A DNA stretch of 63,671 nt, filler included, from Octopus bimaculoides (GCF_001194135.2; 7 parts of 7 records of this genome joined end to end with filler, not necessarily neighbours in it), one strand, 5' to 3'; counted from the whole stretch's first letter, positions 41,599 through 54,665 are shown. Translations and numbers: made by a program. The notes: a model not told the origin generated them from the sequence alone.

Positions 41599-42320
41599 CA
41601 GAGCGGCAACATCACGTCCTTGGCCAACGACGTATGGCGTTTAAAAGAGGACACGCTGTACATAATTAAATGGAGGCTCCTAGAACAACAGGGGCTACAT
41701 CGCAACGGGAGCAAACGTTGTAAGCTTTGCTTGGCTGACAGAGTAAGGATGCTGAAAAACTCACTTGATCCAGGGACCTTTTTATATTCCTGAAAAGAAG
41801 TGTTTAGTCAATGCCCTCATCAGAGACGTTTCCTGTTGCAAGCTTGTTAATCTCCATTTGCCGAATAGGAACATGTCATCAGCTTCGAAAATTTTTACGG
41901 ACACGGCAGGAACAGATGTAAGAGGGATAACCCCATCCCGTCAAAAAGCTTACCGATAGTGTTCGTTCTGAATAAGTTTTGGTTTATAAAATTAATTGAC
42001 CATGACGTTTTTCTCCCTCCAGTTGTAGAGAGGTTATGGGCCTCAGGTTATTTAGATTTGACGAGTCGCCTATACAGTTAAGCACTTTATAGGTGCGAAA
42101 CCAATGGTCACTCTATGGCTGGGGATATATATGGCCTCATAAGTCTACGAGACGGGAAAGACATTTTTGAAATCATCAGCTTCACGGGCCTGGATTTAAC
42201 AGACTTCGTATTTAACAGTGATCAGTTTAATCTCTATTTATTCCTCAGTGTAATACGTGTATCTCTGATCACGTGGTTACAACTGTTTTGGATGGCGGTT
42301 TGTTTGTTACATTTTCTCGT
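41599..42320 (+). mobile_element. Penelope-like element 3' fragment: GIY-YIG endonuclease C-terminus plus 3' region with hammerhead
   Basis: 41617-41850 translates to SLANDVWRLKEDTLYIIKWRLLEQQGLHRNGSKRCKLCLADRVRMLKNSLDPGTFLYS*KEVFSQCPHQRRFLLQAC*. This fits the Penelope endonuclease C-terminal pattern (LSxYIWxLK...W...NGSKRCxLCLxE...CxH..FLL). One in-frame stop. Confidence 0.85.
42053..42115 (+). ncRNA. Hammerhead motif in the Penelope-like 3' region, slightly decayed
   Basis: TAGAT-TTGACGA-GtCGCCTATA-loop-TATAGGTGC-GAAA-CCAaTGG-TC-ACTCTA. Stem II is long, stem III is near-palindromic, the triplet is GUC, and there is a C3>U change. Confidence 0.65.
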
Positions 42321-42609
42321 GCAAAGACAAAAACAAAAAAATTCATTTTCTAAGAGATCAGGAAGTCATTGAAGAATTCTTTTTTTGATTTTTGGCTGGC
42401 ATGGGTGGTTAAGAAATAGGATTGGTTGTCACAGTTGGTGGTGGCTTTCGAGTTAATTGATATTTTTAAATGTGTGTGTCTCAGAATGTTGTGTGATGAG
42501 ACTAAATATTGTTTATTGTTTGTCTGTGCAAGAGGTGAAGAGAGAGAGAGAGAATGAGAAAGAGGGAGAGAGAGAAGAGAGAGAAAGAAAGGGAGAGAGA
42601 GAAGAGAAT

Positions 42610-42662
<53 letters not shown>

Positions 42663-42897
42663 NNNNNNNNNNNNNNNNNNNNNNNNNNNNNNNNNNNNNN
42701 NNNNNNNNNNNNNNNNNNNNNNNNNNNNNNNNNNNNNNNNNNNNNNNNNNNNNNNNNNNNNNNNNNNNNNNNNNNNNNNNNNNNNNNNNNNNNNNNNNNN
42801 NNNNNNNNNNNNNNNNNNNNNNNNNNNNNNNNNNNNNNNNNNNNNNNNNNNNNNNNNNNNNNNNNNNNNNNNNNNNNNNNNNNNNNNNNNNNNNNNN

Positions 42898-42935
<38 letters not shown>

Positions 42936-43849
42936 TGTGTTTGTCCCATACCACCAGTGTTGTGTGTTTACGTCTCCGTAACTTAGCGGTTCGGTAAAGG
43001 GAACGATAGAATAAGTGCCAGGCTTAAAAAATAAGTTCTGGGGTCGATTCGTTGGACTAGAATCCTTCAAGTCATTGCCCCAGCATGGCCGCAGTGCAAT
43101 GACTGAAACAAGTAAAATTTAAGAGAAAATATAAAAGATATGTTTAAAATCTCCATACACTTATCAAATTGCTTACAAAACTATGAACACCTGGAGAGAA
43201 ACGTATAAACATACAGCCAAACTTTCCGCCTATCTACATTCTTTTGTGAAAAACAGTTGAGACACCGAATTAATAAAGGCTTAAAGGCTGGACTTTGTAC
43301 CTTTGACCATTATACTGTCAAAGCAAAGAGATTAAACACAATAATACCAAAAGCAACGAAAATACTATCACGCTTTATGCCTACCTAACAAAAGAGAAAC
43401 ACATAGAGACTCGTTTACAACGTTCTATATGCGTGAATAAATTCTAAACAATACCATAACCCCAAGTTTAATCAATTAAAAATTTTCAAAACACCTTTCC
43501 ATAACGACTATAAACAAAACTTGACTGTAAAAAGGATTTAGATAATCCTATCAGGTGGTGCTATTAAGTTAGACATGGCCTGGACCAATGTTTGGTCGAA
43601 ACATATCTAAGTTTATCTAAGTTTATGATGGCTTTATACATATGTGGAAAAAAAACCCTTTTTATTTAATTTCTTAAGTAAAGTACGACAAGGAAACAAA
43701 ATAATGTACGTCGGTCATTTATTGACAATAAATGACATGAACAACTTGAAAACACCTAACATCGTATCGTGGAATTTCTTGACAAAATGCTGAATATACA
43801 TTCAATATTTTTAACGTTAATAACTAAGGTACTAATATTTCAGTCGACA

Positions 43850-44045
43850 TCATGAAGAATCTTCGCCCAAAGTCTTGCGGTTCTCCCGTCGAGCAACGCA
43901 CAAGCTACGACAGCGTTCTTGAAGTTGCAGATAGCGTTGACGAACTCTTCTTTGAGATGGATTGCCAACAACATCCTGTTGGATAATTGTGTCTCTTCTG
44001 ACTTTTTTCCTGTGACGAACCCTGGATTCGTTGCCAACTGGATTA
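43850..44045 (-). mobile_element. MULE-like transposase C-terminal relic
   Basis: A frame other than the tracked ORF reads DTIIQQDVVGNPSQRRVRQRYLQLQERCRSLCVARRENRKTLGE, recalled as similar to the C-termini of MULE/FLYWCH-associated transposases. Confidence 0.45.
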
Positions 44046-44583
44046 AATATAACTTTACTTTCTTTCCTTTATCTGAACATATAGTTTCCAATAACATTTT
44101 AAAGATCTGTACTTGTAATAAAATGAATGGAAAGTATCTTAACCTGCTGTGAAATGATTAAAATGCAATAACCAATATCCCTGTGAGTTTAGAGAAACAT
44201 GGTGAAACGTGAGATGGGGGACAGAGGGGGAAAATTATAAATGAAGAAGAATGGTAGTAGTTACTCGGAAAAATCAAATGATGGATTAGGATTTGATGAT
44301 TTTTAATTGATAAACTCGTTTTATGAATAATGGGTTTTAGTTTTTTTTTCAACCTGTGCTATAACATTTGCTAAAGTGAAGTATGATCGAATGTTTAAGA
44401 AGTTCGCATTCGTGGCTACAAATTCCCTGGTTCGATCCTCCTGGCATCTCGGGTAAATATTTAATCTTTTTTTTGTGCTTGGTGGTGACCATTAGTACCA
44501 CCAGCACCAGAACTCCCACCACCACCGCTACCCTTTATGCGTTAACTAACCACCTGTTAAATATAGTAGCATAATTTGGCTCA

Positions 44584-44834
44584 TGTGGAGGCGCAATGGC
44601 CCAGTGGTTAGGGCAGCGGACTCGCGGTCATAGGATCGCGGTTTCGATTCCCAGACCAGGCGTTGTGAGTGTTTATTGAGCTAAAACACCTAAAGCTCCA
44701 CGAGGCTCCGGCAGGGGATGGTGGCGAACCCTGCTGTACTCTTTCACCACAACTTTCTCTCACTCTTTCTTCCTGTTTCTGTTGTGCCTGTAATCCAAAG
44801 GGCCAGCCTTGTCACACTGTGTCACGCTGAATCT
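44584..44834 (+). mobile_element. tRNA-derived SINE family A, cut by a gap
   Basis: GGCGCAATGGCCCAGTGGTTAGGGCAGCGGACTCGCGGTCATAGGATCGCGGTTTCGATTCCCAGACC... is near-identical to 52719-53103. Confidence 0.9.
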
Positions 44835-46710
44835 NNNNNNNNNNNNNNNNNNNNNNNNNNNNNNNNNNNNNNNNNNNNNNNNNNNNNNNNNNNNNNNNNN
44901 NNNNNNNNNNNNNNNNNNNNNNNNNNNNNNNNNNNNNNNNNNNNNNNNNNNNNNNNNNNNNNNNNNNNNNNNNNNNNNNNNNNNNNNNNNNNNNNNNNNN
45001 NNNNNNNNNNNNNNNNNNNNNNNNNNNNNNNNNNNNNNNNNNNNNNNNNNNNNNNNNNNNNNNNNNNNNNNNNNNNNNNNNNNNNNNNNNNNNNNNNNNN
45101 NNNNNNNNNNNNNNNNNNNNNNNNNNNNNNNNNNNNNNNNNNNNNNNNNNNNNNNNNNNNNNNNNNNNNNNNNNNNNNNNNNNNNNNNNNNNNNNNNNNN
45201 NNNNNNNNNNNNNNNNNNNNNNNNNNNNNNNNNNNNNNNNNNNNNNNNNNNNNNNNNNNNNNNNNNNNNNNNNNNNNNNNNNNNNNNNNNNNNNNNNNNN
45301 NNNNNNNNNNNNNNNNNNNNNNNNNNNNNNNNNNNNNNNNNNNNNNNNNNNNNNNNNNNNNNNNNNNNNNNNNNNNNNNNNNNNNNNNNNNNNNNNNNNN
45401 NNNNNNNNNNNNNNNNNNNNNNNNNNNNNNNNNNNNNNNNNNNNNNNNNNNNNNNNNNNNNNNCAGCAGCAGCACCACCACCAGCAGCACCACCAGCACC
45501 ACGACCACCACGACTACCACGACCACAACCACCGCCGCCGCCGCCTCATCCGTCGTCGTCGTCGTCGTCATCATCATCATCATCATCATCACCATCACCA
45601 TTACTACCACCGACAAGAACAACAATGCCGTCACCATTATCCAACTGACGGCTACAACACTGACAATACTGACCATAACCACAGACACCATCTTACCTTC
45701 TCCACCACTGTTCCTCTACTACCACCACCACCAACACAACCACCACCACCATGATTATAACCTTCACCACACAGCACTACATGCGCAACAGTCACAACAG
45801 AACGAACAAAACAAACACTGCTGTCTGGCAATATATACATATANNNNNNNNNNNNNNNNNNNNNNNNNNNNNNNNNNNNNNNNNNNNNNNNNNNNNNNNN
45901 NNNNNNNNNNNNNNNNNNNNNNNNNNNNNNNNNNNNNNNNNNNNNNNNNNNNNNNNNNNNNNNNNNNNNNNNNNNNNNNNNNNNNNNNNNNNNNNNNNNN
46001 NNNNNNNNNNNNNNNNNNNNNNNNNNNNNNNNNNNNNNNNNNNNNNNNNNNNNNNNNNNNNNNNNNNNNNNNNNNNNNNNNNNNNNNNNNNNNNNNNNNN
46101 NNNNNNNNNNNNNNNNNNNNNNNNNNNNNNNNNNNNNNNNNNNNNNNNNNNNNNNNNNNNNNNNNNNNNNNNNNNNNNNNNNNNNNNNNNNNNNNNNNNN
46201 NNNNNNNNNNNNNNNNNNNNNNNNNNNNNNNNNNNNNNNNNNNNNNNNNNNNNNNNNNNNNNNNNNNNNNNNNNATATATATATATATATATATATATAT
46301 ACGTATATATGTATATATACATATACATGTATATATATCTATGTGTGTGTGAGTGTGTGTGCGTGTGCGTGTGTGCATATATAAATATTTGCACACACGC
46401 ACACATACGCACGCACGCACACACACACACACTTACACACACATATATATTGTGTATATATTAATATGTAACTTTCTCTATTTACAGAACGAAAACAAGA
46501 AACGACGACAGCAAAAACAAAAAACAATAGCAACAATATTAAACAATAATAAATGCGAAAAACAAAAAACAAAAAACAAGCAAAAAACGAATATAAAAAT
46601 AAATTAAAAAAATTAAAACCCAAACGATGACATCAATAGAATTTGTGTTTATGAGAAATATCGAACAGTAATCCATAAAAATGTGCTAGACATTGAAATC
46701 ACCGTGGTGT

Positions 46711-46771
<61 letters not shown>

Positions 46772-47327
46772 NNNNNNNNNNNNNNNNNNNNNNNNNNNNN
46801 NNNNNNNNNNNNNNNNNNNNNNNNNNNNNNNNNNNNNNNNNNNNNNNNNNNNNNNNNNNNNNNNNNNNNNNNNNNNNNNNNNNNNNNNNNNNNNNNNNNN
46901 NNNNNNNNNNNNNNNNNNNNNNNNNNNNNNNNNNNNNNNNNNNNNNNNNNNNNNNNNNNNNNNNNNNNNNNNNNNNNNNNNNNNNNNNNNNNNNNNNNNN
47001 NNNNNNNNNNNNNNNNNNNNNNNNNNNNNNNNNNNNNNNNNNNNNNNNNNNNNNNNNNNNNNNNNNNNNNNNNNNNNNNNNNNNNNNNNNNNNNNNAAAT
47101 ATCGAAATGTGTGACTGATTAGTTACACTTGAAAAATCAATCAAAAAGGAAAAAAAAAAAAATTAAAAAAAAATTTTTAATTCACAGATTTTCACAGTCT
47201 GGTATATTATATTTAATTGCTGACTGCCAATGCCTACGTGTGTGTTTGTGTGCGCGTAAGCTTGTATGTGTATGCATGTATATATGCATATATCCTCTCT
47301 TTCCTCTCTTCTTGTTTATAAACGCAC

Positions 47328-47395
47328 GCATGTATGCACACAAGCATGTATGCACACAAGCATGTATGCACACAAGCATGTATGCACACAAGCAT
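47328..47395 (+). repeat. Perfect 16-bp tandem repeat (GCATGTATGCACACAA) x4
   Basis: Seen directly. Confidence 0.95.
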
Positions 47396-48052
47396 ATAGG
47401 AATAAACTGATGTTTATATAGAAAGAAACGAAAAATAGATTAATACACACACACACATAGACACACGCAGACACATACACTTACACAGATTTATATATAT
47501 ATAAATATATAAATACAGACATATATTTTAATAAACAGACATTCACAACCAAAGTAGGCACAACTTGACCGCATCCATGTCAGCAATAAATAAACAAATA
47601 AATAAATGCATGAATAAATATCTACGTATTTGTCTGTGTAATTGTGTGTGTGTGTTGCCTAGATGCCTGTGTATGCGTGCTTTTGCTCTCTCTTTATTCC
47701 TACAGACACCCTCTTACATACATACATACATATATATACATATATGTTTATATATATGTATATATAGGTTTATATATATATATGTTTATGTTTATATATG
47801 TATATGTATGTATGTGTATATATATAAATATATATATACATATTCACACACACACGAAGGTCTATGTATGTGCATAGTGCTACATAAATGTATAGATATA
47901 TATATATATACCTGCACACATACACATTCATATAAACTCACGTGTCTTCTGTTTGTTGATATCGATTATTTATATTTGATTTATTGTGTTAATATTTTTT
48001 CAATATTTTCTTATTCATAATTGATAATAATACTACTACTAATAATAATAAC

Positions 48053-48116
<64 letters not shown>

Positions 48117-48129
48117 GTAATAATAATAA

Positions 48130-49010
48130 TAATAAAAGGATATCTTTTATTTGCCACAGGGATATTAGATGAGAGGTGACATTACAAGGACATTTTACAA
48201 TCAGCGTGGGGTTTTTACATAAAAAATGGGGTGGAACGATAGAGAGAAAAAGGGATAAATGAGATAAAAAATAAACATAGTGTACTAAATATGTGAATAC
48301 ATCTATGACGCAGTCCTCCATATACAAGAGAACCACCAGCTGGTTTCAATCAGAAACCCTACAGATCCAGGATCACCATTACAATTAAGTGCACAAGCTT
48401 GCGTCTAATTCTTGTTCTCCATTCAACCGAACTATTTTTGCCACACTCATCCACATTTTATACAAATTTACTAGGAGAGCACTTCTCTTTCCAACCTCAC
48501 TTTCAAACCTTACAGCTAATTGTGGAATCTAACAGAAGATGAAGGGATGAGAATCTAACCGAAGATGAAGGGAACTGTTGCCAATCGTTTGAACCTCTTC
48601 CATCACACCACCTCTTTCGCCATTGTTACTAGACGGCGGAATATCGCCTGTCCGACCTTGTTAAAGGTAGGTTATAAAGAGATTGTTCCAATAGACTCGA
48701 CCCATTCTCGGATTCCTTCTACATGCGACAGCAGCAGTTGGACATAACTTCACAAGTAATGTTCGGACGTTGTACGAGTGCTACGGTACAGTTTCGTGCC
48801 CTCCGCTCATCTCAGGCGTTCTCGCCTGGCGGCACTTTTGAATCCTTAGGTAGCGCTTGCAGGCTAGGCATTTCTGGAAGTTATCCATGATTGTTTCCAG
48901 CCTGAAAATCCTTCAAAACACACCAGCTAGTTCGTCCTCGTCCCCGTTGACGCTTCCATTTCTCCCGAGTATGTTATCGCTCTTACATTTCGAAAATTGT
49001 AAGCGGTGAA
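48130..49010 (-). mobile_element. Tx1/L1-like LINE 3' end (zinc-knuckle region, 3' UTR, (TTA)n tail)
   Basis: Fragments read IMDNFQKCLA, ETV..ALVQ.P, FRRLVTMAKEVV*W, KVRLEREVLS and WMSVAKIVRLNG. The 3' UTR is homologous to 50900-51000 and ends in CCCTGTGGCAAATAAAAGA before the triplet tract at 48040-48135. Confidence 0.75.
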
Positions 49011-49179
49011 AGCCCTTCTATGAGCGGGGCAGCGGATAAGTTGACTACAAATAACAACAACAACAACAACAACAACAGAACCATCACCAATTACAACAAC
49101 AACAATAACAAAGCTGGCAACAGCAACAACAAAAGCAACAACAACAACAACGACAAAGACAATGAAGGAGCTGAGACAC

Positions 49180-49711
49180 AAATCGATACAACGGCTTGGA
49201 ACAGCCTTTCAAAGCTTTTTTTCTCTGGAGTAGCTAAATCATCTCTTCGGAGAATACAATTCTCATCAGAAGAAGAACTGAAATATGCTAGACAGCTAGT
49301 CGGGAGAGATGGAGACTAGCTGTAATGTTGAATACCCCACCGGAGACAATCCAAGCTACGATTCGTCGCACAGTGACGTGCCGTACAATCGGGTTAAAGT
49401 CAAGGAGGATGGAAAGAGCCACAGAGGTTAAAAAACAACAAGCTTTAGTTTCCGTCTGGAATCTAAAGGAATACATACAGAAAGGAAAGGTCTATGGAAT
49501 GGCGGACGTTCGATTCTACACTGAGGAAGAAGCCAAACATCACTCTCTGAATTCCCTCAAAAGCGAGGAGCTGTTGCTAGTTCCTTGCTACTGCGGTCTA
49601 AGACTGGCAAAAATTATTATGCTGCAGGTGCCGCCAGAAATAGCCATTCCTTGGCTAATTGCGGCAGTGATGATAGACATCGAGGAAAACTCGAAAATCC
49701 TCGAAGCCTAA
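49180..49711 (+). mobile_element. Probable ORF1 (gag-like) fragment of a Tx1/L1-like LINE, frameshifted
   Basis: Reads ...IRRTVTCR...GKVYGMADVRFYTEEEAKHHSLNSLKSEELLLVPCYCGLRLAKIIMLQVPPEIAIPWLIAAV.... No splice context; recalled similarity to octopus LINE ORF1-like proteins. Confidence 0.55.
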
Positions 49712-49896
49712 ACGCAAAACACTCAAAACTACACACACTATTTTTGTTTTGTCTTGTGCTGTCCACAATGTTTTTTTCATGTAAACCTTTGTGGTTAATA
49801 AAGAAATCATCACTTATTATTATTATTATTATTATTACTATTGTTATAATAATAATAATAATGATAATAATAATAATAATAATTATTATTATTATT

Positions 49897-50370
49897 ATTG
49901 AGTGAGAGAACAGTGCAAGCCATCAAAGTGACACTGGGGTAAAATATACGAAACCCGTTATACCCATCATGACTACCCGTCTGATAAGGGTACACCAGGC
50001 ACATGCATCACAACCATATGTGCGCGACATGGTGATCTCATATCAAGATAAACAGCGCATGACCTCGCAGGTAGGGCCCAGTTAGAATTTTCTTCAGGTC
50101 GAGTAGCCCATCCCGCTCAAATGGTCCCTGAATAAAGTTTGTTAAAGGATGTTGAGCAAAACACACATGTTTCCAAAGGTGAATTATCCAAACCCCAAAG
50201 AATTCCTCTCAACACATGGCTATGGTGCTCCCCCACTACTTCTGCTCATGATCAGTGATGCACATATTCATCAGCCACCAAGGGACATGCTCAACTGGTT
50301 AAGGTCAACCAAGTGACAAACAAATCTGGTATTAAGCAGAACATTTGCTGTAGCCCATCTTTTATACCTA
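49897..50370 (-). mobile_element. Retroposon 3' end with (AAT)n tail, family copy 1
   Basis: Reverse-complement near-identity over about 470 nt to 62092-62590, with terminus GCACTGTTCTCTCACTCAATAATAAT. A 30-nt terminal stub also occurs at 50740-50770. Confidence 0.85.
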
Positions 50371-50641
50371 TTATTATTATTATTATTATCATCATCATCA
50401 TCATCATCATTATCATTATTATTATTATTGTTCAGTAGTTTTATTTTTATAACGTGCTTTCACTTCACTACCGAGCGCAGCTCTGTGCGCCTTGGGCATG
50501 TGCTGTGGTTTGCTGTGGTGCTCTTATGTTTACTGTATTGAAAGTGTTTTGCGTAGAATGTGTGCAGTACCCAGTAGTGCAATTTTCTGTATGTTATATA
50601 TATTTGTAAGTCCTGGTATTTTTGTTATGTATTTGTCTGAA

Positions 50642-50739
<98 letters not shown>

Positions 50740-50769
50740 CTGAGTGAGAGGGCAGTTCATGCCATCAAA

Positions 50770-51147
50770 GAAAGACAGGTGGAGATGGAAGTACTACTTT
50801 CCAGTGAGTTTGTGAAAAAATAGTTGACTGTGGCAAAAAAAGTTTAGAGCGAATAACCCTGCTCTAAATATGCGCCTGAAGATTGGCAAGTATGAGAGAG
50901 GGCACGTGCTTTTATTGGTCAGGGTTATTCTGGATCTGGGAGGTTCCTTGATTGGCTCTAGCTGGAGTTTCTCTTGTATCAGGAGGACTGCATCAGTCAC
51001 GTTATCATGTACTTTGTATATTATATCTACGTTTCTTGTATTTCACAGTCTTTTCTATTTTCCCGCCCATGCATTATGTAAATCCACACATAAATTATCT
51101 GTCCATGTGATGTTCTCCTTGTCTAGGCACGGTGGCTAACAAGCGAA
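50770..51147 (+). mobile_element. Second 5'-truncated Tx1/L1-like 3' end with (TTA)n tail
   Basis: KVEMEVLLSSEFVKK*LTVAKKV matches the 48.4-kb copy. The UTR CTGGATCTG..GGTT..TGATTG....AGCTGG..TTCTCTTGTAT..GGAGGACTGC is shared, and the tail starts at 51147. Confidence 0.7.
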
Positions 51148-51227
<80 letters not shown>

Positions 51228-51250
51228 CATCATCATCATCATCATCATCA

Positions 51251-51314
<64 letters not shown>

Positions 51315-51334
51315 CATCATCATCATCATTATCA

Positions 51335-51371
<37 letters not shown>

Positions 51372-51414
51372 CATCATCAACATCATTCTTCTTCTTCTTC
51401 TTCTTCTTCTTCTT
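51147..51414. repeat. Compound triplet microsatellite (TAT)n/(CAT)n/(TCT)n
   Basis: Seen directly. It is representative of dozens of (TA)n, (CA)n, (GA)n, (TATC)n, (TACA)n, (AAT)n and (GAA)n tracts in the window. Confidence 0.95.
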
Positions 51415-52718
51415 NNNNNNNNNNNNNNNNNNNNNNNNNNNNNNNNNNNNNNNNNNNNNNNNNNNNNNNNNNNNNNNNNNNNNNNNNNNNNNNNNNNNNN
51501 NNNNNNNNNNNNNNNNNNNNNNNNNNNNNNNNNNNNNNNNNNNNNNNNNNNNNNNNNNNNNNNNNNNNNNNNNNNNNNNNNNNNNNNNNNNNNNNNNNNN
51601 NNNNNNNNNNNNNNNNNNNNNNNNNNNNNNNNNNNNNNNNNNNNNNNNNNNNNNNNNNNNNNNNNNNNNNNNNNNNNNNNNNNNNNNNNNNNNNNNNNNN
51701 NNNNNNNNNNNNNNNNNNNNNNNNNNNNNNNNNNNNNNNNNNNNNNNNNNNNNNNNNNNNNNNNNNNNNNNNNNNNNNNNNNNNNNNNNNNNNNNNNNNN
51801 NNNNNNNNNNNNNNNNNNNNNNNNNNNNNNNNNNNNNNNNNNNNNNNNNNNNNNNNNNNNNNNNNNNNNNNNNNNNNNNNNNNNNNNNNNNNNNNNNNNN
51901 NNNNNNNNNNNNNNNNNNNNNNNNNNNNNNNNNNNNNNNNNNNNNNNNNNNNNNNNNNNNNNNNNNNNNNNNNNNNNNNNNNNNNNNNNNNNNNNNNNNN
52001 NNNNNNNNNNNNNNNNNNNNNNNNNNNNNNNNNNNNNNNNNNNNNNNNNNNNNNNNNNNNNNNNNNNNNNNNNNNNNNNNNNNNNNNNNNNNNNNNNNNN
52101 NNNNNNNNNNNNNNNNNNNNNNNNNNNNNNNNNNNNNNNNNNNNNNNNNNNNNNNNNNNNNNNNNNNNNNNNNNNNNNNNNNNNNNNNNNNNNNNNNNNN
52201 NNNNNNNNNNNNNNNNNNNCCGCCCCCCGCCGTCGTCGTCATCATTACCATCATCATTATTCGGCACTAATACCGCGAAGACGTTGTTTTCTCTTCTGCC
52301 TTCGAAACATATTCTTTTCAAACAGCACGGGAAATTTTCTTTCGAGTACTTGAAATATATGAAATACAATTGTCTAAGGAATGGTTGTACTCGATTGCTG
52401 GGGGTAGAAACCTGAAAAAAGACGTTTGTTCTACGAATTTTTAAAATTCTATTTACACGTATTACATTTTTACATCTTCATAAACAAGATGGCTACCGCA
52501 CATAATTATGCAACACAACAAAGCACTGACATTAAAAACAAGACAAAGCAACAAATACAAAATCGAAACATAACTAAATGTACAAAAAGAAACAAAAATG
52601 AGCTGTACAGTGAAAAATTAAAAGAAAAATCATGCTATACATACTCCAGTAAGTAACTAGGAAGACGGCAACAATAATAACAACAATAACAACAATATCA
52701 ACTATTACACAATTCTAA

Positions 52719-53103
52719 GTTGTTGGCACTCCGTCGCTAACGACGTCGAGGGTTCCAGTTGATCCGACCAATGGAACAGCCTGCTCGTGAAATTAACGTG
52801 CAAGTGGCTGAGCACTCCACAGACACGCGTACCCTTAACGTAGTTCTCGGGGATATTCAGTGTGAAACAGTGTGACAAGGCTGACCCTTTGAATTACAGG
52901 CACAACAGAAACAGGAAGAAAGAGTGAGAGACGGTTGTGGTGGAAGAGTACGGCAGGGTTCGCCGCCATCCCCTGCCGGAACCTCGTGGAGCTTTAGGTG
53001 TTTTCGCTCAATAAACACTCACAACGCCCGGTCTGGGAATCGAAACCGCGATCCTATGACCGCGAGTCCGCTGCCCTAACCACTGGTCCATTGCGCCTCC
53101 ACA
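52719..53103 (-). mobile_element. Complete young tRNA-derived SINE (about 385 bp), family A
   Basis: Head has an A box (TGGACCAGTGG) and a B box (GTTTCGATTCC). The 3' end is CGACGGAGTGCCAACAAC. Near-identical to 44584-44834. Confidence 0.9.
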
Positions 53104-53177
53104 CAGTTCTAAGTACTACGGTCTTAACAACAACAGTAATAATAACAACAGCAACAACAACAACAATAACAATAATC

Positions 53178-53620
53178 GTTTCTACTATAGGCACAAGGAC
53201 TGAAACTTGGGCGGAAGGGGGGAGGCCAGTCGATTAGATCGACCCCAGTACGCAACTGGTACTTAATTTATCGACCCGGAAAGGATGAAAGGCAAAGTCG
53301 ACTTCGGCGGAATTTGAACTCAGAAAGTAAAGACGGACGAAATGCCGCCTAGCATCTTGTCCGACATGCTAACGATTCTGTTAGCTCGCCACCTTAACTA
53401 CGATAAAGGTTTCAAATTTTGGCACCAGGCCATCAATTTCGGAAAAAGGGTAAATCGATTAAATCGATCTCAGTTTTCAATCGGTACTTATTTTGTTGAG
53501 TCCGAAAGGATGAAAGGCAAAATCGACCTCAACGGAGTTTGAACTCGGAACGTAAAGACAGACGAAATGCCGCTAAGCATTTTGCACGGCGTCCTAACGA
53601 TCCTATCAGCTCGTTGCCTT
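53178..53620 (-). mobile_element. Head-to-tail pair of SINE family C (tRNA-like head, MetaSINE-like central domain)
   Basis: Two units (53178-53394 and 53405-53620) each contain GTCGA(C/T)TTTGCCTTTCATCCTTTC.G..TC.A.AAA.TAAGTACC on the minus strand. Other copies are at 3085-3240, 10105-10270, 31311-31535 and 60385-60600. Confidence 0.8.
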
Positions 53621-53744
53621 AGCAACAATAATAACAATTTTAATTTGAGCGAAAATTTATATATTTATTTCTTCACGAATAGTTCATTAACAAGATGGAA
53701 ACTGCCAATTTTGCAATGCATACATACATACATACATACATACA

Positions 53745-53778
<34 letters not shown>

Positions 53779-54353
53779 CATACATACATACATACGTACA
53801 TACGTACATAGTTGTATATATGTATAGAAATAAATATACAAAATAAGAGAAACAAAAAGCATACCTTCCGATTTCGGATGTATCAGGTGTCCACACATGT
53901 GTCTACACATGCGCACAAACGTAAAAATATGTGCGCACATGAACAAATACCGGCGTACATAAATATATGCATACATACAGACGGACATGACATAAATACA
54001 TATACGCATATATATTATTTATTATTTATTATTTATTATATATGTATATATATATATATATANNNNNNNNNNNNNNNNNNNNNNNNNNNNNNNNNNNNNN
54101 NNNNNNNNNNNNNNNNNNNNNNNNNNNNNNNNNNNNNNNNNNNNNNNNNNNNNNNNNNNNNNNNNNNNNNNNNNNNNNNNNNNNNNNNNNNNNNNNNNNN
54201 NNNNNNNNNNNNNNNNNNNNNNNNNNNNNNNNNNNNNNNNNNNNNNNNNNNNNNNNNNNNNNNNNNNNNNNNNNNNNNNNNNNNNNNNNNNNNNNNNNNN
54301 NNNNNNNNNNNNNNNNNNNNNNNNNNNNNNNNNNNNNNNNNNNNNNNNNNNNN

Positions 54354-54385
<32 letters not shown>

Positions 54386-54616
54386 CATATGCAGACTCTC
54401 ACTTTCAGAGCACATGTACATACATGTGCAAATGTGCATGTGTGTGTTCAAATATTTCAATGCATATGTATATGTATGTATGTATGTATGTATAAATATA
54501 TATACAAACACATATATATCATATATATAATATAATGATAATGTATATATGCGTTTGTCATAAGCTGTATTTTTATGTTAGTCTGTACATGCTCATGAGT
54601 GTGATGTTATTATACC

Positions 54617-54665
<49 letters not shown>

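Noticed and set aside
43570-43612. GACCA-atgtt-TGGTC-GAAACATATC hairpin
   Set aside because: Good stem II and GAAA, but no CUGANGA core upstream.
44589-44660. tRNA-like sequence (also the heads of the other SINEs)
   Set aside because: Continues directly into SINE body sequence and lacks a complete cloverleaf; a SINE head, not a tRNA gene.
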